In this document: positions 1 through 12,210 of the stretch, piece after piece
Position numbering within the stretch: position 1 is the stretch's first letter
Layout of the letters: the number at the start of each line of letters is the position of its first letter
Assembly (NCBI RefSeq): GCF_006345805.1
Contig: NC_043018.1
Location: 16,182,001 to 16,246,000 of the forward strand
Origin: Octopus sinensis
Taxonomy: Eukaryota
Length of the DNA stretch: 64,000 nucleotides
Direction of reading: 5' to 3'
Notes under the pieces: generated by a model
The model's database searches: none
The model's input: only the letters and a program-made list of their open reading frames with translations
Told to the model about the DNA's origin: nothing
Made by a program: the position numbers and the translations under genes

Positions 1-639
1 TGTGATGTTGATAAGCCACAAAAAAATAGCAATACATCGATGCCTATCACTCCTGAATGGGACTTGGGGTGAGTTGTCTCACCTGTCCACGATTTTCAAA
101 TATTCTTATACCCAGCACCTTGAAGGAGTCCTCTCCACCATGCTACACCACAGCCTACAGGCAAACATGCATAGTGCTTATACACTGGGTGTGTGTGGTC
201 TAAAATATGTATGTGTGTATACATATACATACATACACACAATGTGTGAGTGTGTGTTAGGGATGTTTTCTTTGGACAAACAACAGTTAGGTGCTGCCTA
301 ATGTCTATAAGTATAAATGGTAATTGAAATAAAAAAGAAAATTCCAAATTTATTTTTTATAAAAATTCTAATTTTTAATGCATCAAAGTCAAAGTATAAT
401 ACATGATTGATTGATTTTTGATGAACACAATTTCTTTCTTATTTGCAACATCTATACACACACACACATATATTTATATATACACGTATATCCATAGACA
501 TCCATCCATACATACATACATATAAATATAAATATATATATATATATATGTATGTATGTATGTATGTGTGTGTGTGTGTGTGTGTGGTTTACAGATACGT
601 ATGTATAGAAATTCATATCTGTATGTATGTATGTATGTC

Positions 640-804
640 CAGGGTGTTCATAAATTATCTTTACAACTTCCACAATTTGTTATGGACTTCATTACCTGCA
701 ACCAATGGAATCCGTGAGGAAATGTTCTCATGTATCTAATAAAACTTTATTTCTTTGCCTACGATTTCCAGTCAACTCTGTAAAGATAATTTATGGACAC
801 CCTG
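640..804. mobile_element. Tc1/mariner-type MITE
   Basis: TIR cagggtgttcataaattatctttac / gtaaagataatttatggacaccctg. Confidence 0.75.
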
Positions 805-2237
805 TGTATGTATGTGTGTGTGTGTGTTAATACATGACATTAGTAAACCCAATGTTTTGTAAGTGAAACTCCAAAAATGCAATAAATATTCTTCTCTACT
901 CTAGGCACAAGGCCCAAAATTTTTAGGGGAAAGGGGCCAGTCAATTAAATCGACTCCAGTGCACAACTGGTACTTAATTTATCGACCCCGAAAGGATGAA
1001 AGGCAAAGTCGACCTTGGCGGAATTTGAACTCAGAACGTAAAGACAAGACAAAATACCACTAAGCATTTCACCCGGTGTGCTAACGTTTCTGCCAGCTCG
1101 CTGCCTTAAAATGCAATAAATATTGTTATCATTAAAGACTGAATAATGTCTGCCTTTGGTCGGTGTCATCAGAGCCTGAAGAGCATGGGTGTGTATTCAT
1201 ATGTGTCTGCTTGCCTTCGTTTCCGCATTTCTTTTCAGTGATGTCAACAACGTTCCATATAAACAGTTCGGTGGTATGATGCGCAAAGACCAGCAGAATA
1301 AAGTACGTTATTTTTAGAATACAAGTACGAACCAAGATGGCATTAGGGAAGTAGGAAAGAGGGAGGGAGGGAGGGAGGACAGGCAAGCAGGGTCTCCAGC
1401 CATAGAATACAGTCTTTGACAAGTCTCGTGCAACCCATGCCAGCATGGTAAAAGAATTAAAAGCAACGATGAGGATGATGATGATGATGATGATCATGAT
1501 GATGGTTTGTGGTGGTAGTGGGAAATAGTTATATGTGTGTTTGTGAATGCGTGTGTAATGCATTTGTAAGGAAATACACAAAAAAAAAAAAGTAAATATG
1601 CACAAGATCAATTGTAGTACTATTGCTGTAATATACCTATTATATTAATCTAATATATCTATCTATATCTATATAATATATAGATATATACTATCCTCTT
1701 TACTCATTTAATTGTTTCAGTCAGTTGACTGCGGCCATGCTGGAGCACGCCTTTAAAGCAAGCAACTCGACCCGCCGTACTTATTCTATCGGTCTCTTTT
1801 GCCGAACCACTAAGTAACAAGGACGTAAACACACCAGCATCGGTTGTCAAGCAATGCTAGGGGGACAAACACAGACACACAACACATATATACATTATAC
1901 GACGGGCTTCTTTCAGTTTCCGTCTACCAATCCCTCACAAGGCTTTGGTCGGCCTGAAGCTATGTAGAAGACACTTGCCCAGGTGCTACGCAGTGGGACT
2001 GAACCCGGAACCATGTGGTTGGTAAACAACTACTTACCACACAGCCACTCCTGCGCCTATATATATATATATATATATATACATGCATATATATATATAT
2101 ATATATATACACAATTTAAAAATAGGATAAAATCTTTATAAGAATTTATCAAGTAGTCAGCGTAAAAAGCCTCATAAGAGAAAAATTATTAATTATTCCC
2201 TTTATGCATGAGGCATTTAAGTATAGTGATGCCCTTA

Positions 2238-2277
<40 letters not shown>

Positions 2278-2984
2278 GTAACTAGGGTAAACCGTAACCA
2301 AGGCATGCTACAAAAGTGTGCCCCCAGCCCAATTACAAAATCCATGATATTATATAGTACTTATTTCTTACAAGTAATTAATTTTTTAAAGCAATATTCT
2401 AGAAACAAATACTTTACCAGGGTCCATTTACCTGCCAGTTTGGTACAGCCCTCTAATTAAAAACTCTATTTTATGAATGTTTACTTTCATAAATTTTATA
2501 AATGGAGTTCAAGCTTATCGTATTACGGTCAATTCTGTGCCCCACCCCTTCAATTGGCGCCAGGGGTATGTGCCCCCCACCATTTACACTATTATGTGTG
2601 TATATAATATATATTAATATATATCTATATATATATTATATATTATCACTATATATACATATATGTATATATATATATATCTATACTATATTATATATAT
2701 ATACTATACATATATATACATATATGTATATATATTACTATTTTTGTTATTTTCATTTGTCCTGCTCGCTTACGTTCATAGTGTGCTAAGTTTTTTTTGT
2801 GAGAACAATTTTTAGTGGTTGAGACTCATGCGGATCTCTCTCTAGCGTAAGGGCATCCACTTTAGTGGATTCTCTCTCATATGTGTATGTACATATATAT
2901 ATATTATATAATAGTATGTTTATATATGTACACAATTACAATTGGCTTGATATCTTTTCATTCCTTTAACTGTGTGCACATACA

Positions 2985-3015
<31 letters not shown>

Positions 3016-3316
3016 CACACACACACACTCACACATACATATATACATATATATATAGTGACAGGCATCTAACATTAAATATAGTGTTAAAAATTTATGG
3101 TAAAATATATCCTTCACCAGATGGAGTACTCTTTTTGTTGATCTTACCATATATTTAATTTTATTTGTTAGGGAATAAAAATTCCGGCATAACAGGGGTT
3201 CAAATTATTCTCAATGAAGAAATATATATTTTCATTTAGAGATAGTAGGGCCCCTTCATCCCACCATATAAAAAAGAATTTTTATTTTAAATACCTACTA
3301 TTTTATAATTATTTTA

Positions 3317-3713
3317 TACTCTTTACTCTTTTACATGTTTCAGTCATTTGACTGCAGCCATGCTGGAGCACCGCCTTTAGTCAAGCAAATCGACCCCGGG
3401 ACTTATTCTTTGTAAGCCCAGTACTTATTCTATCGGTCTGTTTTGCCGAACCGCTAAGTGACGGGGACGTAAACACACCAGCATCGGTTGTCAAGCAATG
3501 CTAGGGGTACAAACACAGACACACAAACACATACACATACATACATATATACGACAGGCTTCTTTCAGTTTCCGTCTACCAAATCCACTCACAAGGCATT
3601 GGTCGGCCCGGGGCTATAGCAGAAGACACTTGCCCAAGATGCCACGCAGTGGGACTGAACCCGGAACCATGTGGTTGGTTAGCAAGCTACTTACCACACA
3701 GCCACTCCTGCGC
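3317..3713 (-). mobile_element. tRNA-derived SINE family A (also ~1695-2057, 10537-11123, 14908-15720, 19285-19650, 21385-21885, 44765-45225, 59930-60680, 63105-63472)
   Basis: Head ggcgcaggagtggctgtgtggtaag...gttcagtcccactgcgtggc with A/B-box-like motifs, internal (TA/CA)n; many near-identical copies. Confidence 0.85.
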
Positions 3714-4553
3714 CTAGTAGGTATTTAAAATAAAAAAATTTTATATGGTGAGATGAAGGGGCCTACTATGTCTAAATGAAAAAATATATATATATATATC
3801 TTTATGTATGTGTGTGTGTCTGGTGATAGGAGTAGTCAATGTTGCCACCGGATTATGGACCTGCTTTTAATGCTACAGCATCATGTGATGGTTGTGTGGT
3901 GAGCTTCATCCCTTGCAAGGCTAAACCCATAGTACCCCACAATCTGGCGCCTGGGTGTGTCGTTTGCTGGGTTCACTCTGTTGCAAACATTCAGATCAAG
4001 AGTTCAATTTTATGTTAACTCAATGTTTTTGGCATATTGTCCCCTAGGTTAGAGCTTACGCCCACGAGGCATGGTTTCTACACTAGGGGACAACATGACA
4101 AAAATATTGAATCCCACCTAACATTCATCTCTACAAGTCTTTAATGTCATATAAAAAAATGGTCACAGAAGGTTCTGCCCTTCTCCGTCTTAGACTAAGC
4201 ATAACAAAAAAAAAATGCAAACCAAGAACTAAATGATTTCCAAAGACAATAGAAAGTTCTTGGCAAGATGATAATATGTCTTGGATTATAAACTGGGAGG
4301 TCATGTAATGTAGTGGTGTTCATGCCATTTCCCAGAAACAAAAGTGAAGTGAAATGGCTTCCATCAGAGACTGAAACCATATCAATGTCTTGCACTGCCA
4401 GTGTCTTACTGTTATTCTGCAAATAATTGCAGACTTTACTTTTACATTAATAGAATATGCAAGTAAAACCGATTCTATTTTGGTTCAACAAGCATCAGGT
4501 CCGAACCTTCCAATGAGCAAAACATTGCCAAACAGTCGGTCGAGATCAAATGT

Positions 4554-5603
4554 CTATTTGTCTGAATTCTTGCCTACGGTTTTACTGGAACTGGCTGCAG
4601 ATGGAAGATCTTTGCAAATAAAGTCACGGTCAGATACACTGTTTTCTGAAGAATCCTCCACACAAACATCGGATACAGAACCACTCCATTCGCTTGAAAT
4701 GGTTCCAGCGTTTCTAGCCTTTTTTGTGATACTCACAATCTTTTCCTTCTCCTCTTCTTCACTGGACCCCCATTTGAAATGGCTGTGTTTTACTGATTTG
4801 TTCATGACAGACAACCTTTTCGCTTTCTCATCTCTTTCCATTTTAGACTTATCCCCTCTCCCCCCAGCGACCTCGCTGTCGGAAACACTGCTGCTGCTAC
4901 TCTGGAGTGCCTGTGGTGCTTTCTTCCGTTTAGAAATCAGAGAAATTTGGGCAGCTTTTGAAATTTTCTCTTGGCTTTCTGTAGAATCTGACTCGGAACT
5001 AATCACCTTCCGTATTCTGAGAGCAGATTTCACAATGGCATTGTCAGAATTGTCTGAAGATTCTAGTGATTCACTTAAGGGCTTTTTAGCAGAATTCTTA
5101 GTATGGACCTTTTTGCACATACTTTTTAGATTAAGTTTCTTTGCTTTCATTACCGATTCCTCAGAACTGTCAAAGGATTCTGATGAATCAGAACCCTTTT
5201 GTTGTCTTTTTGAAGAATTTTTTATTCGTTTCTTTATTGCTTTTTGTTGTTTTGTTTTGGCTTTTGTAAAACCGTCACTCTCTTCAGCGCTTTCAACAAA
5301 AGGACTCTCTTCTCCACTGGTGTAATTAGGATCATGATTATAACGATAATTATTAACTACAAAGTCATTAACAATTTTACGTGGAATAAGCGAACCCATT
5401 CCTTTCAACGGCACATCTTTAATATTGTCCCAGACATCTGACCTTTTTGGCATCGAAAATTCTGGCTTGTTTCGTCTTCGTTCCGAAGAACGACATCCTT
5501 CGGAAGATACAGATTTTTTTGGAGTTTTTTGCAGATGATCTTCAGCTGAGGAATCCTTCTCAGAATGTGGAGTTTTCATGGAACATTTCTTCTTAACATC
5601 CAT
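4554..5603 (-). CDS. Uncharacterised Ser/Lys/Glu-rich, probably disordered protein (349 aa from ATG 5603)
   Basis: 1050-nt non-repetitive ORF (MDVKKKCSMK...GKNSDK*) downstream of a strong 3' splice site (poly-T...ctag; exon start 5902). Basic clusters and acidic Ser tracts; no recognisable domain. Confidence 0.6.
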   Translation of the reverse strand: MDVKKKCSMKTPHSEKDSSAEDHLQKTPKKSVSSEGCRSSERRRNKPEFSMPKRSDVWDNIKDVPLKGMGSLIPRKIVNDFVVNNYRYNHDPNYTSGEESPFVESAEESDGFTKAKTKQQKAIKKRIKNSSKRQQKGSDSSESFDSSEESVMKAKKLNLKSMCKKVHTKNSAKKPLSESLESSDNSDNAIVKSALRIRKVISSESDSTESQEKISKAAQISLISKRKKAPQALQSSSSSVSDSEVAGGRGDKSKMERDEKAKRLSVMNKSVKHSHFKWGSSEEEEKEKIVSITKKARNAGTISSEWSGSVSDVCVEDSSENSVSDRDFICKDLPSAASSSKTVGKNSDK

Positions 5604-6605
5604 ATTTGAGAATGTTTTCCTTCCTTTGATTAAAAACAACTTAGTATATATATATATATGTATTTATTTTTTTTAAGAATGGAATTCAACTATTTTGAGG
5701 TTTTTTTCGTTTTCTTCTTCCAATGGCTGTGTTCATTTTTTTGTTTTAAATTTTCGTTAAATTGAAGAATAATTTTAAAGACAAGAATTTAATATCTTAA
5801 TTTTTTTCTTATACATATTTTGGTTCCTTTCTGTCTCAAGTGACCATTCCAAATGAGTGAAGAACTAGAGTGAGTTTAAGATGGAAGTTCTTTGAGCAAC
5901 ACCTAGAAAATATGAAATAAAAAAATAAGAGTTAGTAAAAAGAACACATTAGATTAAAAGGCAGTTATAATTGCAATTAGCTGACACCTGAGTCGATAAT
6001 GAAGGTGTTACTAATTGTTTGAAAATTCTAAGTTACAATAAAATCAATAGCAAGAGAGAGATGAGACAAATGGAGTGGGAGTGAGTGATAGTCAGAGATG
6101 TGGAGGCACATGGTATAGTGGTCGGAGCAGCGGACTCGTGGTCGAGGGGTCACGGGTTCGAATCTCAGACCGGGCGATGTGTGTGTTTATGAGCAAAACA
6201 CCTAAGCTCCACGCGAATCCAGCAGAAGGTAACGGTGAACTTCTGCTGACTCTTTTGCCACAACTTTCTCTCACTCTTTCCTCCAGCATTTTGTAGCTCA
6301 CCTGCGACAGACCGGTGTCCTGTCCAGGTGGAGAACCAATACACTAAGGAAACCGGAACACTGGCCCTTATGAGCCAGGTGTGGCTCGAGAAGGAACAAA
6401 CAACAAATAGTCGGAGATGCTAGATGTAGCTGAGCTGTAGTATGAGATTTGACTCTGCAGTGGGAGCTGCTGCTTCAATTAAAATCAAACTTCAAATTTC
6501 TGCCATTATTTTTCCTTAAGTTTAATGATTTCATTTATGTATATGTGTGTGTTTGTGTCTATATATATATACACATGTATGTATATATATATATACATAC
6601 ATGTA

Positions 6606-6644
<39 letters not shown>

Positions 6645-6810
6645 TCATTATTGATGTGGCTGTTTCATAAGAAGTTTGCATCCTAACCATATGGTTCCAG
6701 GTTCAGTCCACTGCATGGCACATTTGGCAAGTGCCTTCTACCATGGCCTTGAGCCAACCAAAGCCTTGTAAGTGGAATTGGTAGACAGAAACTGAAAGGA
6801 GTCCATTGTA

Positions 6811-6851
<41 letters not shown>

Positions 6852-7070
6852 CCTCTTGTACTGTCTTATATTCCTCCCCACCACCACAAACTCAATACCA
6901 CTATAAAAGGGTCAAAACTCCTCACACAGGAACTTAGTTTGATTTGAAAACCCCACTAGAATGGGAGAAAGCGCTAATACATGATCTAAGTTATATGATA
7001 TATAAAAAATGTAATATACAAATAAATATCTGTAAATATAAACCATCCGATTTTCTGAGTACTTCATTTC

Positions 7071-7125
<55 letters not shown>

Positions 7126-7807
7126 GTACTCGATCTGCCGTTCAAAGGGGAAAGATCCGAATTTAGTAAAAGAATGTGTGTATGTGTGTGTGTGAAGAGA
7201 AGTTGTATCCCCTATGAAATCTATATTTCAATAATTCCCGCCAAGAAAGACGTTTTGTTTTTGTTTATAAAAACGGCAAAGCAGAAGAATTCCTTGACAC
7301 AAAGGCCAACATTTCTTCGTTTCTTCTGTCATTTCATTTCCATCAGGTGACAGTCTAATTATTATTATTATTATTATTATTATTAGTTACAGTAGGAAAT
7401 ATATTTGTTTCCCAGGCCCAGTGAGCTTTTGTCAACGTATACATAACATTTTCATTGCAATATCGAATATCAAAGCGTGCACATACCAGAAATAGAATAC
7501 CCTTGCTTTTACGGTCTTATAAAAACATCCAACTTTATATATTAACAAAGAAATTGTGCCAATCGATGAGAATATAGTTATGTATTTTTAATTCGCCAGA
7601 TATTTTGAAGAAGCCTTCGGCACCTTCAATACATATATGTATGGATCTTTTTAGTAGTTTGGCTTAATGACAACAGCAAATGAATATTAACAAACAAGCG
7701 AACAAATAATACTACTAATAATAATAATGCATTCGCTGTATTTTCATCAAGTAAGCTTGGCAATGTTCCTCATGTGATATTCAGTCGGGCAGGCTGACCC
7801 ACCTCAC

Positions 7808-8696
7808 CGTTCCCACGCACCAATTTGGGAATTAAATGACGTTTTCCGCACCATTTCAACACAGAACCACAGCAACTAAATTTTAAAATTGCTCAGATTT
7901 TTCCGTGTATAGCAAGAATGTCCAGAATCTAGTTTGGGGTCGACAATATTAAATTTACGCACGAGGACGACCGGCCGTGGAACAAACTCCTAACATAAGA
8001 CCGCAAAAACAAAACAAATTTCAATTTAAACAGAGGAATTATAATTTAAGACCGGGAAAAGCGCAGTAAAGAACTCATTTGGAACTCGGGCCGAGAAATT
8101 ATAATTTAGGCGATCTTACGGCATGTAATTTAAGACTAGTAAGAGCAGTCAAAAGGCCCTAATTTGAATTTAGGACCGTAAAGCGGTGTTTGATCCTAAT
8201 GCCCATTCACAGGAATAGAATTTGCAGAGCAAAACGCGAAATTCTTCTCCATGTGACCTCCACTTGCATCAACATCGAGGTAGGTATTTTAGCCCCGTTC
8301 AGTCATTTCTTTTAAAAACACACAAAGGACAAATGGTTGAATAGCCAAGCCTGTCTGTTCTAAATGACAACTAGAGCGCCTATTTAATGTGTCAGCTTCC
8401 ATAATAATGTATTTGTTTTAAGTGGCAGGCAGACAAGACGACATAGTTTTAATAGTAAACACGGAAGTCGGGAGCAAGGCTATACGCGGGTGAATGGGGT
8501 CCCAGGTGTTGGCAGCGAGGAGAGACCCTAACCCCTCATCGAAATGTTCTTTTCTTGTTCCACCCGAAAGGTGTGGCCATGCTGGAGCACTGCAAATAAA
8601 TATCGCGTCCTCACGATGGAGATGGAACCCAGACCTAGGGGAAACGCCTAGGTGAAATATTCTCATAGCGTCTTGGGCCACAACACCTGCATTAAG
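7808..8696. promoter_or_regulatory. Candidate bidirectional promoter / first-exon region
   Basis: Unique, CpG-enriched segment with an outward-facing minus donor (ACG|GTGAGG at 7808), a plus donor (AAG|GTAACC at 8696) and an ETS-like CGGAAGT at 8462. Confidence 0.35.
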
Positions 8697-9148
8697 GTAA
8701 CCCCGATCGCTAGAGTTGTGTATGTGCGCACTCGTCCGTGCATGTATGATGTGTTTGTGTGTGTGTGTGTGTGTGTAAGTGAAGTGCTTCTGTTAGTGTG
8801 TGCGAAGAGACAGAGAGAGTAATGTGTGAAAGAGAGAGGTAACTGACTTTTTACTCGGTGTATGTGTATATGTATGTATGCATGTATGTGTGTGTGTGTG
8901 TATGTATCTATGTATGTGTGTGTGTGTAAGTATGTGTGTATGTATGTATGTATGGCCGATTCATCGTAAGTTTTTACTCGGTGTATGTGTGTGTGTGTAT
9001 GTATCTATGTATGTGTGTGTGTGTATGTATCTATGTATGTGTGTATGTGTATGTATGTATGTGTGTATGTATGTATGGTCGATTCAGTGTAATTTTTTAC
9101 TCGGTGTATGTGTATATGTATGTCTGCATGTATGTGTGTGTGTGTATG

Positions 9149-9179
<31 letters not shown>

Positions 9180-9553
9180 AAGTATGTGTGTGTGTATGTA
9201 TGTGTGTGTGTGTATGTATGTATGTGTGTGTATGTATCTATGTATGGGCATAGTTTCGGTTGTAGTAGCACAGATTTCCGTAAAAAACTTTTATTTTTTT
9301 ACATAAGTAATGAGAGCGAAAGAGACTAAGAGGAAGCGATTTTACGACGAGAAGGTTTCACTTTGAAGTCGGCCTGTGTGTGTTTGATGGGGGTGGTGGG
9401 AGACAGACAGTATGTTGTGTAAGTGAAGTGCTATACACCGAGTAAAAATTACGATGAATCGGCCATACCTACATACATACACACACACACATACATAGGG
9501 CGAAGTTTCGCATGTCGTAGCAACCGAAACTATGCCGTCTATATATATATATG

Positions 9554-9616
<63 letters not shown>

Positions 9617-10024
9617 ATTATAACTATATATATATAATATATATATATAATGTATTTATTTATTTAAGGCGGCAAGCTGGTAGAAATGTTAGCACGCCGG
9701 GCAGAGTTCAAATTCCGCCGGTCGATTTTGCCTTTTATCCTTTCGAGGTCAATTAAATAATTATCAATTAATCACTGGGGTCGATGTAATCGACTTAATA
9801 CCCTTTGTCTGTCCCCCCTCTATGTTTAGCTCATTGTGAGTAATAAAGAATTATATATATACATATTATATATATTATATATATATATATATATTATATA
9901 TATACATATATATATATATATACATTATATACATATATATATATATATATATACATATATATACATATATATATATATATATAATAATATATATGTGTGT
10001 GTGTGGTGTGTGTTTGTGTATATA

Positions 10025-10065
<41 letters not shown>

Positions 10066-11122
10066 GTGTGTGTGTGGGTGTGTGTGTTATGTATGTATTG
10101 TCCAATAAACCATATTATCAGAAAAAACGCCCATTAAAGAAAAGAGTAGTATTTATTTAAACAAAAAATTCAATTCTGGTCAGATGTGCGCGCCATTTTT
10201 CAATTAAATTTTTTTTCACCACGCCCGTGGGAATTATGGGGTGAGAAGTGAGGGGGGAAGCTTTTTATGAAAAGAAATTTTGAAAAATTTACCATTGATT
10301 TTTTAACACCCCCACCCCACCCCACATACACTTCCGGACAGCTGTTGTTTCTAGCACATGCCACGACCATCTTCCTCGTTTCTTTGTTACCTTTGGCCTG
10401 TATTGACAGTTTTTTTCCCCTCATAAACACATTTTATGAAACGATGACACGGAAGTAACACGCGGGCTTTCGGGCTTTGTTTAGCCCAAGGACGGTCCAC
10501 TGTTGGGGATTTAAGCAAAAAAAAAAAAAAGAATGTAGGTGCAGGAATGGCTGGGTGGTAAGTAGCTTGCTTACCAACCACATGGTTCCGGGTTCAGTCC
10601 CACTGCGTGACACCTTGGGCAAGTGTCTTCCTTCTGCTATAGCCTCGGGCCGACCAATGCCTTGTGAGTGGATTTGGTAGACGAAAACTGAAAGAAGCCC
10701 GTCGTATATATGTATATATATATATGTATATATATATACTCTTTTACTTGTTTCAGTCATATGACTGCGGCCATGCTGGAGCACCGCCTTTAATCGAGTA
10801 ACTCGACCCCGGGACTTATTCTTTTGTAAGCCCAGTACTTATTCTATCGGTCTCTTTTTACCGAACCGCTAAGTAACGGGGACATAAACACACCAGCATC
10901 GGTTGTCAAGCAATGCTAGGGGGACAAACACACACATGCATATATATATATATATATACATATATACGACGGGCTTCTTTCAGTTTCCGTCTACCAAATC
11001 CACTCACAAGGCTTTGGTCGGCCCGAGGCTATAGTAGAAGACACTTGCCCAAGGTGCCACGCAGTGGGACTGAACCCGGAACCGTGTGGTTGGTAAACAA
11101 GCTACTTACCACACAGCCACTC

Positions 11123-11170
<48 letters not shown>

Positions 11171-11809
11171 ATAATAATCCTTTCTATTGAAGGCACAGGT
11201 CTGAAATTTGGTGGGAGGTATCTAGTCAATTACACTGGCCACAGTGCATCGTGTGATTTGAGGGCAATTTAGCAGTTATTTTAAAGAAATTCAGTGACCA
11301 CTTGAGGCTCCAAAATCTTAGAATTTTGCTTCAGCAATTCTTTAAATCCATTTTAGAGTTGCTTGATTTGATTCTATCTCCTCCTCTTTGTGACTCTTGG
11401 CAATAAATGGACAAACTTAGATATCACCTTCTGTCATTTACTTGTCTTAATCACTGGACTCGACTGCAGCCATGCTGGAGCAATGCCTTTGAAGGGGTTT
11501 TGTGTTTAGTCAAGCAAATTCACTCCAGTACTTATTAACTTTTTTTTAGGTTGGGTATTTAGTGTATGAGTCTCTGTTTTTGAAACTGTACAGGGATGTA
11601 ACCAAACCAACAATGGCTGTCATGTAGTAGGGGGTGGAGATTAACACAAATGCATATACACACACATACACTTGGTTTCTTTCAGTTTCTGGTTACTCCA
11701 ATGCTGTGGTTGGCCCAGGCCTATGGTAGAAAAGACTTGCCCAAGGTGTGATGATGTGGGGGTGGAGACTAAACTGTAAGTGACCCTAATCCAATCTGGC
11801 AAACATCAT

Positions 11810-12210
11810 TATCATCATCATCATCTTCATCGTTTAACGTCCGCTTTCCATGCTAGCATGGGTTGGACGATTTGACTGAGGACTAGCAAACCAGATGGCT
11901 GCACCAGGCTCCAATCTTGATCTGGCAGAGTTTCTACAGATGGATGCCCTTCCTAACGCCAACCACTCCGAGAGTGTAGTGGGTCCTTTTACGTGCAACC
12001 CGCACGAGGGCTAGTTTGGTGGTACTGGCAATGGCCATGCCAAAACAGTGCTTTTTACGTGCCACCCGCACGAGGGCCAGTCAGGCGGTACTGGCAACGG
12101 CCACGCTCAGATGGTGTCTTTTACGTGCCACCTGCACAGGAGCCAATCCTGCGGCACTGGCTACGACCTCACTCGATGTTTTTTAACATGCCACCAGCAC
12201 AAGTGCCAAG
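11810..12210 (-). mobile_element. SINE family C with (GAT)n tail (also ~16305-16590, 18735-19040, 25125-25440, 29885-30065, 31185-31350)
   Basis: Shared catcatcgtttaacgtccgctttccatgctagcatgggttggacg and internal tttacgtgccacc repeats. Confidence 0.8.

Noticed and set aside
1-160. Possible exon ends (+ donor GG|GTGAGT at 69; - donor CAG|GTGAG near 83)
   Set aside because: Too short, with no recognisable homology or partner exons; cannot be supported.
4390-5325. 311-aa + strand ORF
   Set aside because: Antisense shadow of the Ser/Lys-rich minus ORF; no domain or splice support.
6935-6985. Hammerhead-like motif (ttgaaaa-cccca..tggga-gaaagcgcta)
   Set aside because: Core too degenerate to call.
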